Virus record (IMG/VR): IMGVR_UViG_3300045988_120248
Span: 45,063 to 109,062 of that record
Direction: 5' to 3' (one strand)
DNA: 64,000 nt
Origin: a virus
The translations under genes and the position numbers were made by a program. This document shows, piece after piece, positions 1 through 9,186 of the stretch; the stretch's first letter is position 1; every line of letters starts with the position of its first letter. The notes under the pieces were generated by a model. That model did no database searches. It worked only from the letters and a program-made list of their open reading frames with translations, and was not told where the DNA came from.

Positions 1-1
1 A

Positions 2-97
2 GACGCGATTATCAACCAAGCAGCGGCAATCCTTGCGGAAAAGATGGCAAAGAGCACGAAAGTCCGCGAATCGGTCATCGCAAAGGCGGCGGAATGA
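2..97 (+). CDS. hypothetical phage protein, 3' end only (partial at window edge)
   Basis: Open frame from the window edge to TGA 95-97, which overlaps the next ATG (ATGA coupling). Confidence 0.3.
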   Translation, partial: DAIINQAAAILAEKMAKSTKVRESVIAKAAE

Positions 98-474
98 GTG
101 TCATACTTAGAGAAATCGACATTACGTCCTGCTATCCCATGACGTATCAACTTCAAGAAGGCCACGATTCAGGCGATCTTATTGATATCGATGAAATGAA
201 ATTCATCATTACCGATGAATCAAATTCCGTGATATATCTTGAAAAGGAAAACGAATGGCGCAACAGGTTTTACCCCGGAAAGTGGATTAGAATTTTCCCA
301 CTGGTCGGAATCCTTGAACTCGAATCGGATGAACCGATTGATGTACCGGGATTCAGAAGATTTCCTTGGGGAGAGGAAAAAAGGTGGTTGCTCCGTAATG
401 AGCAAATGGAAAAGAAATTGGCATGGCTGATTCAAGAGGAACGGAGAATAGCGGCATTGGAGGGGGAGAAATAA
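94..474 (+). CDS. hypothetical phage early protein (126 aa)
   Basis: ORF track; packed same-strand gene string, next ATG (475) directly follows its TAA; no domain recognised. Confidence 0.55.
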   Translation: MSVILREIDITSCYPMTYQLQEGHDSGDLIDIDEMKFIITDESNSVIYLEKENEWRNRFYPGKWIRIFPLVGILELESDEPIDVPGFRRFPWGEEKRWLLRNEQMEKKLAWLIQEERRIAALEGEK

Positions 475-1149
475 ATGGAAGATTTCATGTGTGCGCGTAT
501 CTTCGATAATCTGCAACTTGAACTTCATAAGGACGTGCTGCGGGCGATAATCGATCAGGATGAGTTCTACCGAGTATTGGGGAACTTCTCCGTGGAAATC
601 ATGGGCGTTGCGCCTGATACCGGCGCGTTCATCCTCAAATTCCATGACAAGGATAAAAAGCACGCGAAAACGGTCTGCGATGGCGAAGTCGTGGAAGTGA
701 CACCAGTGGATATGCTTAACCTCGATTTGAAGAACCGGTTCCGGGATTTGAAGAATCGGATTCAGAAGGGGAACTCAAATAAGTCGGAATCCAACAATGC
801 AAACGGAGCAACGGAGGGAAACAAACCAGTGGTAACAATTTATGGCTATAGCGACGATACGGTCGAAATTGAAAACAGCAGCTACAACGACGGCAGCATT
901 GATTGCTTTGACAAGGATGTACGGTTGTGGTTTAGCGACGGAACGATTATCCGCATCGGTTACTGCAAGCCAAATCTCGGTGTCTGGTACATCGTCAGAG
1001 AACATGTCGGAACGGCAGAGCAGACGCTTTTAGTTTGCGAGGACGAAGATGCAGACCCGTACAGCGATGTCTTTTGCATCAATGCGGAAATCGAACGGCA
1101 TGAACTGCTGGGAGGAAACTATGGAGAGATTAACGTTACGGAGCGGTGA
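475..1149 (+). CDS. hypothetical phage protein (224 aa)
   Basis: ORF track; ATG abuts previous stop; no domain recognised. Confidence 0.55.
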   Translation: MEDFMCARIFDNLQLELHKDVLRAIIDQDEFYRVLGNFSVEIMGVAPDTGAFILKFHDKDKKHAKTVCDGEVVEVTPVDMLNLDLKNRFRDLKNRIQKGNSNKSESNNANGATEGNKPVVTIYGYSDDTVEIENSSYNDGSIDCFDKDVRLWFSDGTIIRIGYCKPNLGVWYIVREHVGTAEQTLLVCEDEDADPYSDVFCINAEIERHELLGGNYGEINVTER

Positions 1150-1687
1150 CACCAACCATGAAAACGGCGTATGCTGCACACACTTCAAAAGCAAAGAGTG
1201 TCTCGAAGTCGGTGGGAACTGTGCTTACGGCTGCAAGTGGGAAGAAGCAGCATGGGAGAAACTTGCAAGCTATGAAGATTCCATGCTGTCTCCAGAAGGC
1301 TGCAAAGCGGCGGCAGAAGCCAATACCATCTTGGAGACCTGCGGATTATCACTGGATCACATCATCGATCTGATAAAGGCCGACAAAGCAGGCATAAGCG
1401 TCATTCTGCCGTGCAAACCGGGCGACAAACTGTTTGTTTTGACATCTGACAGTTTGACCGGCATCGAGGTAACAAGATGCACGCGCATCGTAATCTGCAA
1501 CGCCGCCGATGGCCTGTATGCAAAGATCGTTGCACCATGCGGCTATGACGATGGGAGCTACGCGCATTGGGAGTTCACAGAAGGGGACTTCGGAAGAAAA
1601 GTGTTCTTAAATCGGGAAGATGCCGAAAAGGCTTGGAGGAAAAATGAACTGCAAAATAAAGGAATGTCCTTTTATCAGAAGCGGTGA
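1121..1687 (+). CDS. hypothetical Cys-rich phage protein
   Basis: ORF 1049..1687 trimmed to ATG 1121, preceded by GGAGGA (1111-1116). Confidence 0.5.
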   Translation: MERLTLRSGDTNHENGVCCTHFKSKECLEVGGNCAYGCKWEEAAWEKLASYEDSMLSPEGCKAAAEANTILETCGLSLDHIIDLIKADKAGISVILPCKPGDKLFVLTSDSLTGIEVTRCTRIVICNAADGLYAKIVAPCGYDDGSYAHWEFTEGDFGRKVFLNREDAEKAWRKNELQNKGMSFYQKR

Positions 1688-1743
1688 GTGCGATGTGCCG
1701 CCGTGCGGAACGTGCTTCCTGCCGTGCGAAGCGAGGGAAGACC

Positions 1744-1938
1744 ATGATTGACTTAAAGCCATGTCCCTTTTGCGGCGGGAAGGCCGTCATGATAAGCGAA
1801 CCATACACGCACGATAGATTCCTTGTAGCCTGCAAAAATCGCGGGGACGTGTGCAAATGCGAACCGTGTACAAACTGGTTTGATACACGGGAAGAAGCTG
1901 CGGAAGTGTGGAATAGGAGGGAAAATGAACGATCTTAA
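1744..1938 (+). CDS. Lar-family (restriction alleviation-like) zinc-ribbon protein, paralog 1
   Basis: CPFCGG near the N-terminus and VWNRR near the C-terminus; start trimmed to ATG 1744 after GAGGGAAG. Confidence 0.6.
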   Translation: MIDLKPCPFCGGKAVMISEPYTHDRFLVACKNRGDVCKCEPCTNWFDTREEAAEVWNRRENERS

Positions 1939-2134
1939 AGGCTGCCCGTTCTGCGGTGGAAAAGTCGAGGAACGGGGTGGAACCTGCAACTATGGAAAAA
2001 AGTTCATGACGCTGGATGTAAAATGCCAGAAGTGCGAGACAACCTTTAAGTTTAAGCACAAATGGGCGCTTAACCCATACGTCGAAACCGTTGAGGCTTG
2101 GAACCGGAGGTTCAATGATGGAACAAATTCGTAA
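1925..2134 (+). CDS. Lar-family zinc-ribbon protein, paralog 2
   Basis: CPFCGG ... CQKC ... AWNRR; ATG 1925 after AGGAGGG; overlaps the stop of paralog 1. Confidence 0.6.
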   Translation: MNDLKGCPFCGGKVEERGGTCNYGKKFMTLDVKCQKCETTFKFKHKWALNPYVETVEAWNRRFNDGTNS

Positions 2135-2324
2135 CTGCCCGTTTTGCCACAAGTGCTCTGTGGAATGGCCAGTGTATCTTGATGAGATACACCAGTTTAA
2201 TGCAGACATATACCCAGAAGTGATGTATCAATGCCGCTGCACATACTGCGGGGCAAGCGGACCGATAAAAGGTACGAAGCGTGCAGCTATCAAAGCTTGG
2301 AATAGGAGGAATGAAAATGGTTGA
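2115..2324 (+). CDS. Lar-family zinc-ribbon protein, paralog 3
   Basis: CPFCH ... CTYCG ... AWNRR; ATG 2115 after GGAGG. Confidence 0.6.
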   Translation: MMEQIRNCPFCHKCSVEWPVYLDEIHQFNADIYPEVMYQCRCTYCGASGPIKGTKRAAIKAWNRRNENG

Positions 2325-2541
2325 AAATCGAGTGTGTTTTACCGTCCGAGGAGAGTTCGGAGCGCAGATGAGCTTCGAGTCAAAAAACACGATCCCGTAT
2401 GAAGATCTGTGCAAGTGTGTCAATAAAGACACGCTGATAGAGATGATGTGCCTTGACGTAGCCGGCTATACCGGCAAAGATATTCAGTTCATCACGCCAG
2501 AAGAATATGACGAGCAATTTGGAGATGACGAAGATGGTTGA
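2317..2541 (+). CDS. hypothetical protein
   Basis: ORF 2281..2541 trimmed to ATG 2317 (7 nt after AGGAGG; ATG 2311 is too close to the RBS). Confidence 0.45.
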   Translation: MVENRVCFTVRGEFGAQMSFESKNTIPYEDLCKCVNKDTLIEMMCLDVAGYTGKDIQFITPEEYDEQFGDDEDG

Positions 2542-2743
2542 TTGCTGTGCGACCTGCGCATTCCACGAATGCCAGAAGGGGTATCTTTACCCGCACCGGT
2601 GCAAAAAGCACAAAGGCGAGCGCTTTTCAGAGGTCGAATGGAATCGTATCGTGTACAGCCTGTACAAATGCGACGAGTTCAAAAGCATTGACGCTGTCAG
2701 TGATGTGGCGGACAGAGAATGTGAACATGAACGATGCCACTAA
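2534..2743 (+). CDS. hypothetical Cys/His-rich protein
   Basis: ORF 2507..2743 trimmed to ATG 2534; CCATC...HRC...C..H..CH pattern. Confidence 0.45.
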   Translation: MVDCCATCAFHECQKGYLYPHRCKKHKGERFSEVEWNRIVYSLYKCDEFKSIDAVSDVADRECEHERCH

Positions 2744-2762
2744 AATTGTCAGGGAGGACGCA

Positions 2763-3254
2763 ATGATGAACCTGGAATCAGTTTTCAATGAAATCAAGGC
2801 AATGTCGCAGGAACAATTCGACGATCTCATGGACAAAGTGCGTGCAATGTCCGAACCACCATATGATGAGACTGTCAATGAAGAACCTGTAGTTGCGCCG
2901 ATGAATCAGGCTGATATCAGCGAGGATAGCCGGTACAGGGAGCTGAAAGTGAACCCATGCGCAAGCGGCGTCCATTTTTCTGCTGTCATGGATGACGAAG
3001 ACGGTAGCATTGTCGTTTTCGGAGAAGGTGGATGGGCGATGGGGTACATCGACTACCCGATGGGCACGGCCAACTGGATTGTCACGGACGAGTGCAAGCC
3101 GGGTGTGCAGCGATATTGGAAGACGTGCTCGAAATGTGGACAGAAAAAATGGCTCTTCAACTATATCGACGCACGGAATCTGAAACAGAGGTATCCGCTC
3201 TGCGAGTGCGGGGCGAAGATCATTGGTGTGGAAGAAAGGATTGAATTTGAATGA
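2763..3254 (+). CDS. hypothetical protein with C-terminal zinc ribbon
   Basis: ORF 2538..3254 trimmed to ATG 2763 after AGGGAGGA; CSKCG ... CECG near the C-terminus. Confidence 0.5.
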   Translation: MMNLESVFNEIKAMSQEQFDDLMDKVRAMSEPPYDETVNEEPVVAPMNQADISEDSRYRELKVNPCASGVHFSAVMDDEDGSIVVFGEGGWAMGYIDYPMGTANWIVTDECKPGVQRYWKTCSKCGQKKWLFNYIDARNLKQRYPLCECGAKIIGVEERIEFE

Positions 3255-3279
3255 CACTTGTGCGTGAAAGGAGACAACC

Positions 3280-3777
3280 ATGATAATTTATACCGGAGAA
3301 CGCGGTAGCGGAAAAACCACTATGCTCATCGAGATGTCTGAAAAAACGGGTGCGACCATCGTTGTGGCTACATACCCGATGGTCAAGTATATCCAGAAGA
3401 CTGCGGGTCAAATGGGTAAGAAGATTCCCGTTCCTATCACGGTGACAAACTACATTCACCTTCTTGCAAACGGTGGTCTCAGTAAAAGTCAGAAGTATCT
3501 CGTGGACGAACTTCAGATGATACTCCATGGCATGAACATCGAAGTTGCTACATGTGACAATGATTGTTTGAGAGCGCTGGGAAATCTGTCGAGTGCGAAA
3601 TCTCAGCCAGATCGATACATCAACGCTACACAACTGATTGCCACACTGGAAGGTGCAATCGAGAGGGCGGAACGCGAAGAACCAGCAGGGATCGAGAAGC
3701 TTTGGGCTGTAACGTCGATGAAATATGCGAAACGGCTGCTCGAAGAAGCGTCCAAAACGGAGGGTGAACGTGGATAA
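3280..3777 (+). CDS. P-loop NTPase (small ATPase)
   Basis: Walker A GERGSGKTT at residues 6-14; RBS AAAGGAG upstream. Confidence 0.6.
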   Translation: MIIYTGERGSGKTTMLIEMSEKTGATIVVATYPMVKYIQKTAGQMGKKIPVPITVTNYIHLLANGGLSKSQKYLVDELQMILHGMNIEVATCDNDCLRALGNLSSAKSQPDRYINATQLIATLEGAIERAEREEPAGIEKLWAVTSMKYAKRLLEEASKTEGERG

Positions 3778-4150
3778 ATACGTTAATGCAACGCACATCA
3801 TTGAGGGAATCAACAAAGCACTTGACTCCCTACGGCGAGAAGATGGCAAGCTACCGGACACGGAAGATGTCGATGAATTGCTTCGATTCAGGAGCAAACT
3901 GGAAGCCGCGCCGGAAGCCCCAATTAGGGATTATCGTCCAGAGAACGCACCGTTTGTGACGTTCAACGGCAATCCCGTTGGACTTCTGAAAAGCATACGA
4001 CCTGATATTACTGAAATTGTAATTTCAACCAGCTACTGCGGATGCGAGTTTGTAAACGGTGAACTTGCATCAGTGGAAATTCTGAAAGAACCGTTGGACA
4101 AATTGGAGGAACGATATGGTAAAGCTATCGACGATTCAAAAGCACAATAA
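3770..4150 (+). CDS. hypothetical protein
   Basis: ORF 3725..4150 trimmed to GTG 3770 after GGAGGG; overlaps the previous stop. Confidence 0.4.
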   Translation: MDKYVNATHIIEGINKALDSLRREDGKLPDTEDVDELLRFRSKLEAAPEAPIRDYRPENAPFVTFNGNPVGLLKSIRPDITEIVISTSYCGCEFVNGELASVEILKEPLDKLEERYGKAIDDSKAQ

Positions 4151-4475
4151 CCCGCACGCCATCCTTCGGAGTGATAACGAAGGACCCGGAGGCGGCTATC
4201 ACGATTACACTGTGATGGATGTGGACAGAAAAAGTGTGATTGCACAGATAAAATTTCAGAAAGGCGCACGAAATGACCCGAATGCGCGTCATGGCGTTTT
4301 AGATGCTGACCTTTTGGAAATCGTGCGTGATAGGCTGACGGCCTTCAACAAGGGCGAATTTGCCACACGGGAGAACGCCTGCGCAATCACGCATATTGAA
4401 GAAGCCCTCATGTGGATGGCGAAACGCGCCGATGATCGGGCGGAACGCGGGGTGTTGGGGACGTATAACAAATGA
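4116..4475 (+). CDS. conserved phage protein of unknown function (119 aa)
   Basis: ATG after GGAGGA; helical C-terminal half ending RGVLGT looks like a recurrent phage family that I cannot name with confidence. Confidence 0.5.
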   Translation: MVKLSTIQKHNNPHAILRSDNEGPGGGYHDYTVMDVDRKSVIAQIKFQKGARNDPNARHGVLDADLLEIVRDRLTAFNKGEFATRENACAITHIEEALMWMAKRADDRAERGVLGTYNK

Positions 4476-4786
4476 GAGAAGATAGATTTAAAACTATTTT
4501 CGTGTGCAACACAATAACGGGCTGCGTATGTGAGGAGCAGTGTGGCGTTGACATCGACGAGAAGTGCATCAAGAATATTTTGGAACGCGTTAAAGCGCGT
4601 GGAGAGGAATATGCTGTGTTTATGCTTCCGGGCGTTGTAAAACATGGTGACATTGTGAGATATGCCAATGCTGTTGCAGATTTGAGACGACTTCAAGATC
4701 CTAGAATCCAAGAAATTGTGTATAGAACGCAAAAAGCGATTGAAATCCTGACGGACGGGAGGGAGAAACCGTATGGCGAAGCATGA
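4472..4786 (+). CDS. hypothetical protein
   Basis: ORF track; ATGA overlap with the previous gene. Confidence 0.5.
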   Translation: MREDRFKTIFVCNTITGCVCEEQCGVDIDEKCIKNILERVKARGEEYAVFMLPGVVKHGDIVRYANAVADLRRLQDPRIQEIVYRTQKAIEILTDGREKPYGEA

Positions 4787-5174
4787 CCAGAGGTGGCGTG
4801 ATGCCAGATGGAAGCAAAAGAAACGCCAGAGGGACGCTGAAAGCAAGCGACGGGAATGGGAACTGTCAGAATTTGCACGGCAGGCGGACGAAGCGCTTGA
4901 GCATATGCGGCAATTCTCCGATTGGGCGGAGCCGATGATAGAAAGACTTGATTTTTTGAAGGAAATCGGGCCGGGAGTCAACTTCGCGGAGATACTGGAA
5001 GGAACCAAGTACAGATTCGTTTCGCAGAAGTACAACGGCGATGGGACATATGATGTCACGTTCGAGGTAGACGTGCTGAGCAATGACAGCAAACACGAAA
5101 AGATCGGCGTGCTGACGGCAACTGCTTTGCGCGTGTCGTATATCGCGGGGAGGTTAGAAGTTCATGGACGATGA
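4773..5174 (+). CDS. hypothetical protein
   Basis: ORF track; RBS GGGAGGGAG upstream. Confidence 0.5.
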   Translation: MAKHDQRWRDARWKQKKRQRDAESKRREWELSEFARQADEALEHMRQFSDWAEPMIERLDFLKEIGPGVNFAEILEGTKYRFVSQKYNGDGTYDVTFEVDVLSNDSKHEKIGVLTATALRVSYIAGRLEVHGR

Positions 5175-5610
5175 TGAGAAATTTGAAGACTTCTACTCAA
5201 ACGCAGAACGGCGCATCCGAGAACTTAACAAGAAACGCGACGATGCAATGAATGAAACACCACAGAAGATTTACGCGAAAATCGGCGAACTGATTGGGAC
5301 ACTCACTTTAGATGGCGAAGATTATCCAATAAAGGGGCTATCGGATAAAACCGCGCAGCTTCTTCACAGAACGGTTTGCCCAAACTGCGGTGCGCCGCAC
5401 TCACCATGGGAAGCCCAATGCGAGTATTGCGGTGGGTATGTTGATGTGGAAATGAATCAATTTGAGATAAAACCGCAAACTGGAGACTATTCGTTCATAC
5501 GTTGGGACGGGGAAAGGTGGATACAAACACCTGCAAGACTCCTGGACCGTATTTACGCAGAGAGAATATCGGAAGAAGACATCGTTGGATACAAGGAGGA
5601 AAAACAATGA
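5164..5610 (+). CDS. hypothetical zinc-ribbon protein
   Basis: CPNCG ... CEYCG motif. Confidence 0.5.
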   Translation: MDDDEKFEDFYSNAERRIRELNKKRDDAMNETPQKIYAKIGELIGTLTLDGEDYPIKGLSDKTAQLLHRTVCPNCGAPHSPWEAQCEYCGGYVDVEMNQFEIKPQTGDYSFIRWDGERWIQTPARLLDRIYAERISEEDIVGYKEEKQ

Positions 5611-5849
5611 AGAATACAGCAATCGCTTCAGTCGGCAAACTTGTGGATCATAAGTTTGATCGCAGCGTTCCCGCCATTCCATGCAGAATGGAAGCAGGGA
5701 AAGCAGGGACAGACCCGCGTGTTTTTGAACTTCCGCAGGGAGCCATAGACCGAATTAACAACGAAGCATATGCTAATCCGTGTAATGGCATAGGAACGCT
5801 TGACGATGAAACGGCAAAGGCCATTTTGACCGCGTTTGAAACAGCCTAA
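5607..5849 (+). CDS. hypothetical protein
   Basis: ORF 5502..5849 trimmed to ATG 5607 after AAGGAGGA; ATGA overlap with the previous stop. Confidence 0.45.
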   Translation: MKNTAIASVGKLVDHKFDRSVPAIPCRMEAGKAGTDPRVFELPQGAIDRINNEAYANPCNGIGTLDDETAKAILTAFETA

Positions 5850-5870
5850 AACAAACTTTTGCAACTTCTC

Positions 5871-5899
5871 TTGCATTTTTGCTGATTATATGGTATAAT
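5871..5899 (+). promoter_or_regulatory. SigA-type promoter of the late (structural) operon
   Basis: TTGCAT (5871-5876), 17-nt spacer, TGgTATAAT extended -10 (5891-5899), in the only sizeable gap before terminase. Confidence 0.6.
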
Positions 5900-5925
5900 C
5901 AAGCAAAATAGATAGAGACGTTTAC

Positions 5926-5986
5926 GCGCTGTTCCGGTGCTTTTCCTATGGGAAAGGTATCGGGACAGCGCTTTTTGCGTTTTTTG
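5926..5986 (+). terminator. intrinsic terminator in the late-operon leader
   Basis: Long imperfect stem gcgctgttccgg...tcgggacagcgc (5926-5971) followed by TTTTTGCGTTTTTT; lies between the promoter and ATG 5995. Confidence 0.55.
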
Positions 5987-5994
5987 GAGGTAAA

Positions 5995-6942
5995 ATGAGC
6001 GAAAATGTCAGCGAACTGGAACAGCAAGAATATTATGCGCAGCTTGCAAAAAAGACCTCGGAAAGTCTTGCATATTTCTACTGCTGCATCAAGTATGATG
6101 TTCCTTTTGCGCGCGACTGCGTACCGCGCGATGAAGGGCGCGACAAGTGGCTTTCGTACCTCGATAACCTCCATATCAAGAAACTGGATGCCAGCAAGAG
6201 CGGCGAGCGTTACGGCTTCCTCGATGGCTTGACCGACATCACGAAGATATTTGGCGAGTGTCTGAAAGACGGAGAGTTTACGAAGGCCGTCTATGCAGAA
6301 AAAAATGCGCAGTCGGCCAAAACTGGCACGGTGAGGCAGCGGAAAGATTGGGGAACCGGAAACGACGAGCATCCATACACCAATGAAGACTATGCAGAAT
6401 TCGACAGAATATACACTGTCCTTGCATCTGACTTGGGAGGTGAAGATGCTCTGAGTGCGAAACAGCAGCTTATCCTTCGCAACGTTTCCAAATGGACGAA
6501 GCAGATGAACGATGCTTCCGATGCTGGAAAATTCGATGCAGCGAGAAAACTGTCAGCCATCATACAGGAAAACTTGGCGAGCGATAACCTCAGAAAGCGC
6601 GATGCCAAACCGGTAGAGGAAATCCGGGTTGACGGCATTACTGAACGGCTCGAAAAAGCTGGCCTGATGAAGAACGGTAAACCGGTAGACCCCGATACCG
6701 CATTTGAACTGCTTTTCCACAGAAGACCAAAGTATTCTTACACAAAAGACGCTGCGGAACAGATGCTTCTCGCAATTATCAACACGTCGCGTATGAATGA
6801 TTCGCTCCCGGAATTCTCAACGCTACCGGATAGCGCAAGAATCAAAGATGATCTCCATGAGTTCGCAGAAGAACCGAATGAAATGGAGAAAACCGCATAT
6901 GAAGGGTTCGGCTATGTGAAGATGCCCCCCGTAAAGGCATGA
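5995..6942 (+). CDS. putative terminase small subunit (positional call)
   Basis: First gene of the late operon, immediately upstream of the large terminase; no motif verified. Confidence 0.35.
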   Translation: MSENVSELEQQEYYAQLAKKTSESLAYFYCCIKYDVPFARDCVPRDEGRDKWLSYLDNLHIKKLDASKSGERYGFLDGLTDITKIFGECLKDGEFTKAVYAEKNAQSAKTGTVRQRKDWGTGNDEHPYTNEDYAEFDRIYTVLASDLGGEDALSAKQQLILRNVSKWTKQMNDASDAGKFDAARKLSAIIQENLASDNLRKRDAKPVEEIRVDGITERLEKAGLMKNGKPVDPDTAFELLFHRRPKYSYTKDAAEQMLLAIINTSRMNDSLPEFSTLPDSARIKDDLHEFAEEPNEMEKTAYEGFGYVKMPPVKA

Positions 6943-6951
6943 CAAAAATTT

Positions 6952-8805
6952 ATGGCAAGACGATATGGTAAGGCTTGGGCACCAGGAGTCGGATGGATAA
7001 GTAAACGCGAGGTTGAACAGCGCGATTACAGTAACTTCGAAAATGATTTTTGGTGTCTTCTGATTTGGGTCGGAAGATTCTTTCCAGATATACTTGCGGA
7101 TGTACTTCGTGCCGACGATGCAGACTACAAGACACTCGAAATTGTACAACGCGTCATGATGCGTGCAAATGCCAGATATCAGGATGTAGCAATCACGGGA
7201 ACCCGTGGACTGAGCAAGACCTACTCAGAAATGCTCGGCGAGGAAATCAACGGTATTGTTTGGCCAGGAACGCGAGTCCTTTATACTGGTCCGGCACTCA
7301 AGCAATTATCTGATATCGGAAGTAAAACACACGCAGACTTGGCAAAAAGCTACCCGTGTATTACAAAACACTGGCGTATTGCGGCAGAAAGCAAGGACGA
7401 TTTCAGAATTACGACAGATTATGGGTCATCATTCTACATAGGAGCAAAACGTGGTGACAACCTTCACGCTGTTATCGCGGAAGAATTTGCGCAGGAAGAA
7501 CAACCTGCGTTTGACTTCAACGAATATACGACAGTTGCGCTTCCAGCTGTTCGATTGGCTCACAACGTAAACGGTGAGAAGGACGAAAACTTCGTCGCAT
7601 ATAAAAACCACTCGATTACCAGCGCAGGAAGAAAGCAGAATCACGCATTCTTGGTTCGCTGCGAAGTTCGCAAGGGAATGCGGAACGGGGACAGCAGTTT
7701 CCAGATGGATGTTCCGTATCAATGCGTAATCCTTCAACAAATGCGCCCCTACTCATGGGCACAAAAACTCAAATCTAAGCTTACCCCAGAACGCTGGATG
7801 CGTGAGATGGAAAGTCGATACACCGGCGCGGATGAATATCCCATTATCTCGGATGAAAGTCTTTCTGAAAGCTGCTGCTTGCAAAGCATGGAACGTCAGC
7901 ATTGCTGCAAATACCCCGGAAACAAAACAGACCCAAAAGACGTGATATACATCGTCTGCTACGACGTTTCCTATGAAGACGCAAAAAAGAACGCAAAATG
8001 CGCTGTTGGCGTTTGGAAGCTTACGAAACAAGATGATTTCCTGAAACGGGACAGATACCTGAAGCAACTGGTGTGGCTGGACGATTGGCCCCCACCGGAT
8101 AACGCTATGAAACAGGCACGAAAACTGAAAGACGTCTGGTATCGGTTTTGCTTTGATGGCGGCAACACCACCTATATTGCAATCGACGGATGGCAGTACG
8201 GCAAGGCGGTCATTGAAGACCTTATGAAAGACCTCGGTGATGGGTTGCCACCGCTGTGTATCTTAGACCATACCGAATATGTGGCTTTGGAACAGGATGG
8301 AGCGTTGCCAATCATTTACCCAATCAAAGCCGGTGGTAGCGGCGTTACAGACCCAGATGTTGAAATGATTCGGTACGCACAGACGCAGTTCGATAACCAC
8401 AACGTACAGCTTCTTACGATGAATACTCGTGAGGGCGTGGAGGCGTACAAGCGGATTCATAAGATCAAGGACGATGATCTGGATTATCAGATTGCACGTC
8501 CATACCAAAAGACCAGAGAACTGTCTGGACAGATTCAAAACCTGAAGGCTGTCCCGTCGGGCGCTGGATTCAGCGAGAAGCGCATTTCCCGCGCAATACA
8601 AAGAGACAGCTGGTCTGCTATAAAGTACGGCTTGCGCCTTGCTCAAAAGCTGGAAAAAGAACTCGTCTTGAGCGAAGTCCGTAAAAAGAGCGACTGGGAC
8701 GCGCTTCTTTCCAAGTATAAGGCAAAAGGGAACGTAAAAAACGTTACCGGAGGAAGCACAGGCGCAAGGCTTGTGACGCAAAGACGCGGAGGAAGGATTT
8801 TTTAA
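6952..8805 (+). CDS. terL: terminase large subunit
   Basis: 617 aa; Walker-A-like GTRGLSKT; position ahead of the portal; typical size and order. Confidence 0.75.
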   Translation: MARRYGKAWAPGVGWISKREVEQRDYSNFENDFWCLLIWVGRFFPDILADVLRADDADYKTLEIVQRVMMRANARYQDVAITGTRGLSKTYSEMLGEEINGIVWPGTRVLYTGPALKQLSDIGSKTHADLAKSYPCITKHWRIAAESKDDFRITTDYGSSFYIGAKRGDNLHAVIAEEFAQEEQPAFDFNEYTTVALPAVRLAHNVNGEKDENFVAYKNHSITSAGRKQNHAFLVRCEVRKGMRNGDSSFQMDVPYQCVILQQMRPYSWAQKLKSKLTPERWMREMESRYTGADEYPIISDESLSESCCLQSMERQHCCKYPGNKTDPKDVIYIVCYDVSYEDAKKNAKCAVGVWKLTKQDDFLKRDRYLKQLVWLDDWPPPDNAMKQARKLKDVWYRFCFDGGNTTYIAIDGWQYGKAVIEDLMKDLGDGLPPLCILDHTEYVALEQDGALPIIYPIKAGGSGVTDPDVEMIRYAQTQFDNHNVQLLTMNTREGVEAYKRIHKIKDDDLDYQIARPYQKTRELSGQIQNLKAVPSGAGFSEKRISRAIQRDSWSAIKYGLRLAQKLEKELVLSEVRKKSDWDALLSKYKAKGNVKNVTGGSTGARLVTQRRGGRIF

Positions 8806-9186
8806 ATGGCTGAAAATCAGGAAAAGATCTATCGGCTTTATGCGCTGACCATAACACAGGAATCTGTGGAAATCGCCATGATGGAACGGTTCAGCCGAAT
8901 TGCACCGGGTTATATCCTGATTTATACGGCTGGAACACAGCCTAAAGGCAGCATTGAGATAAACGGCGAAGATGTAAAGCGGCTGACGAAAGCCGACAGC
9001 GACTGGATTATGATCTGTGCTGCAACGCTGCTTCGGGAACGTATGGAGCAAAACCAGACGCAATCAATGGAAAATCTGAGCCGAATGGTCGACCAACTTT
9101 CGGCAGCCCTCGCGGCGGAGCGCGAGAAGATCAAGACCGGCGGGGAGGAAATAACAGATGGCGATAGAGACGAGCGAACTCAATAA
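8806..9186 (+). CDS. hypothetical protein
   Basis: ORF track; ATG abuts the terL stop. Confidence 0.5.
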   Translation: MAENQEKIYRLYALTITQESVEIAMMERFSRIAPGYILIYTAGTQPKGSIEINGEDVKRLTKADSDWIMICAATLLRERMEQNQTQSMENLSRMVDQLSAALAAEREKIKTGGEEITDGDRDERTQ

